From Basidiobolus meristosporus CBS 931.73 (taxonomy: Eukaryota > Fungi > Basidiobolomycota), in NCBI GenBank assembly GCA_002104905.1, contig MCFE01000063.1:62001-126000 (forward strand): a stretch of DNA of 64,000 nucleotides. The letters are read 5' to 3'. The position numbers and the translations under genes are program-made. Within the stretch, counting starts at the first letter, position 1. Every line of letters begins with the position of its first letter. Below the pieces are notes generated by a model. The model saw nothing but the letters and a program-made list of their open reading frames with translations, was not told where the DNA came from and searched no databases. Below, piece by piece: positions 62,916 through 64,000 of this stretch.

Positions 62916-64000
62916 AAGCGAGTGGGCCAGAGTCCTAGGACAATCATCATCCCCAATTATGGCCTTAATACACCGGGCAAAGCCCCAAAAGCGAATTCGA
63001 GATGAGCCATCAAGTGGAGATCTCTGGATCTAAACACAACGCTCACATCGACATACATCCGTAACTTCAAAACTCGCCGAAAAGCGATCAGGACATGCGT
63101 TGGCCTGAGCATCGAATGGCCGCTTGTCAGCCAGTCGACCAAGATCAGAAACCAGCAGAGATTAAGCTTCGGGGAAATTCTGGGCATTCACCATGCTCTG
63201 CAGTGGATCTGGCTTATGACGGAATGAACCAGCATCTTATATCCGGATATTGCCATCAACGTGACCAGGTGAAACCAATGGCCATTTGCTCAAGGTAATC
63301 AAATCTGTTTCAAGCCGCTACTGAGCTCGCCGCCAGCCGATGAATGGAAAGTGAATAAGAAGATTGGAAATCAGGTCGAGGGTGTACGAAATTGATAGGA
63401 TTACTTGGCAATGTATGAGCTCGATTGCCTCATGATTTGGCTGCAGAACCAGGAAGCGGTCGTTTTATAGAATAATGAAATTTAATACCTAGCTGCCACC
63501 ATGCTCTCAACATCACTGATGGATCATCTGCGGGTTTCAAATAGTAAGTTACAACGGAACTCAGGGGCTTGAGAATGGTGACTAGTTCCATTTTAAACTA
63601 GCATGGAGCGCTTGTCCATTGTATTGGAATAATACCCCATTAGCATTATGCCAATCTGGTTCCATCTGTGAGGAAATGATTATACCTGTCTAACTGCTAC
63701 AAATACGAAGAAATTAATTGCTTCATGTCATCCATGCCATTAACTGATGTCCCATACATATTTTACTCGGTTCATCGCAAAACACATATGGCCTCATTGT
63801 GTCAATTCCAGAGGCTTGATATAAATAGCCTTGCTCCACCGTTGAGAAGAGGCATCCCTCATCACTCTTTCTGGCTTTACACCCTCATCTCCCATAGCAT
63901 GCCTCACATCTTTCCCAGCACGGCCGAGCGAACCCAAAATCTAGAAACATGCATGTCTTCCAAGATCTTCGAACCTACACCAAGGCTAATACAAAAATTC
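62916..64000. other. CpG-rich, non-repetitive-looking host sequence
   Basis: About 27 CpG in ~550 bp, against about 2 in 1.5 kb of old TE (6000-7500). No match to any repeat in the window. Confidence 0.65.
63820..64000 (+). promoter_or_regulatory. Possible TATA box, pyrimidine-rich leader and gene start
   Basis: TATAAATA at 63820, a CT-rich stretch, then ATGs at 63899 and 63949, both open to the window end. Confidence 0.3.

Noticed and set aside
1-64000. Species assignment, tRNA/rRNA genes, intact host genes
   Set aside because: The features fit several large-genome fungi but none is diagnostic. No RNA-gene structure or complete host ORF is recognisable; the tRNA-like 12-mers are PBSs.

Overview
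This is eukaryotic, probably fungal, transposon-graveyard DNA; the species cannot be determined from the sequence. About 62.9 kb is nested mobile elements, AT-rich and almost free of CpG. The last ~1.1 kb is CpG-rich, unique-looking sequence. Five element classes are present. (1) A compact ~4.7-kb Ty1/copia family with ~350-bp LTRs and a half-tRNAiMet PBS: three TSD-bounded copies (1164-5850, 13316-18000, 51483-57273), plus truncated copies, solo LTRs and an older relic whose pieces run collinearly from 878 to ~62915. (2) A Ty3/gypsy element at 26277-31173. (3) A ~1-kb-LTR gypsy-type family, one member showing Gag-protease followed directly by PPT and LTR. (4) At least eight pieces of a CMC/EnSpm-like DNA transposon with CCCTATGAAAAA termini, apparent 4-bp TSDs, and a transposase divergent from an unidentified ORF2. 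(5) A MITE/foldback family with ANT TSDs and a 10-bp-phased TGCC array. No fully intact protein-coding gene, RNA gene or CRISPR array is supported, and I found no new enzymatic system. The best novelty candidates are TE-level. All alignments and mismatch counts were made by eye, and boundaries marked ~ are approximate.
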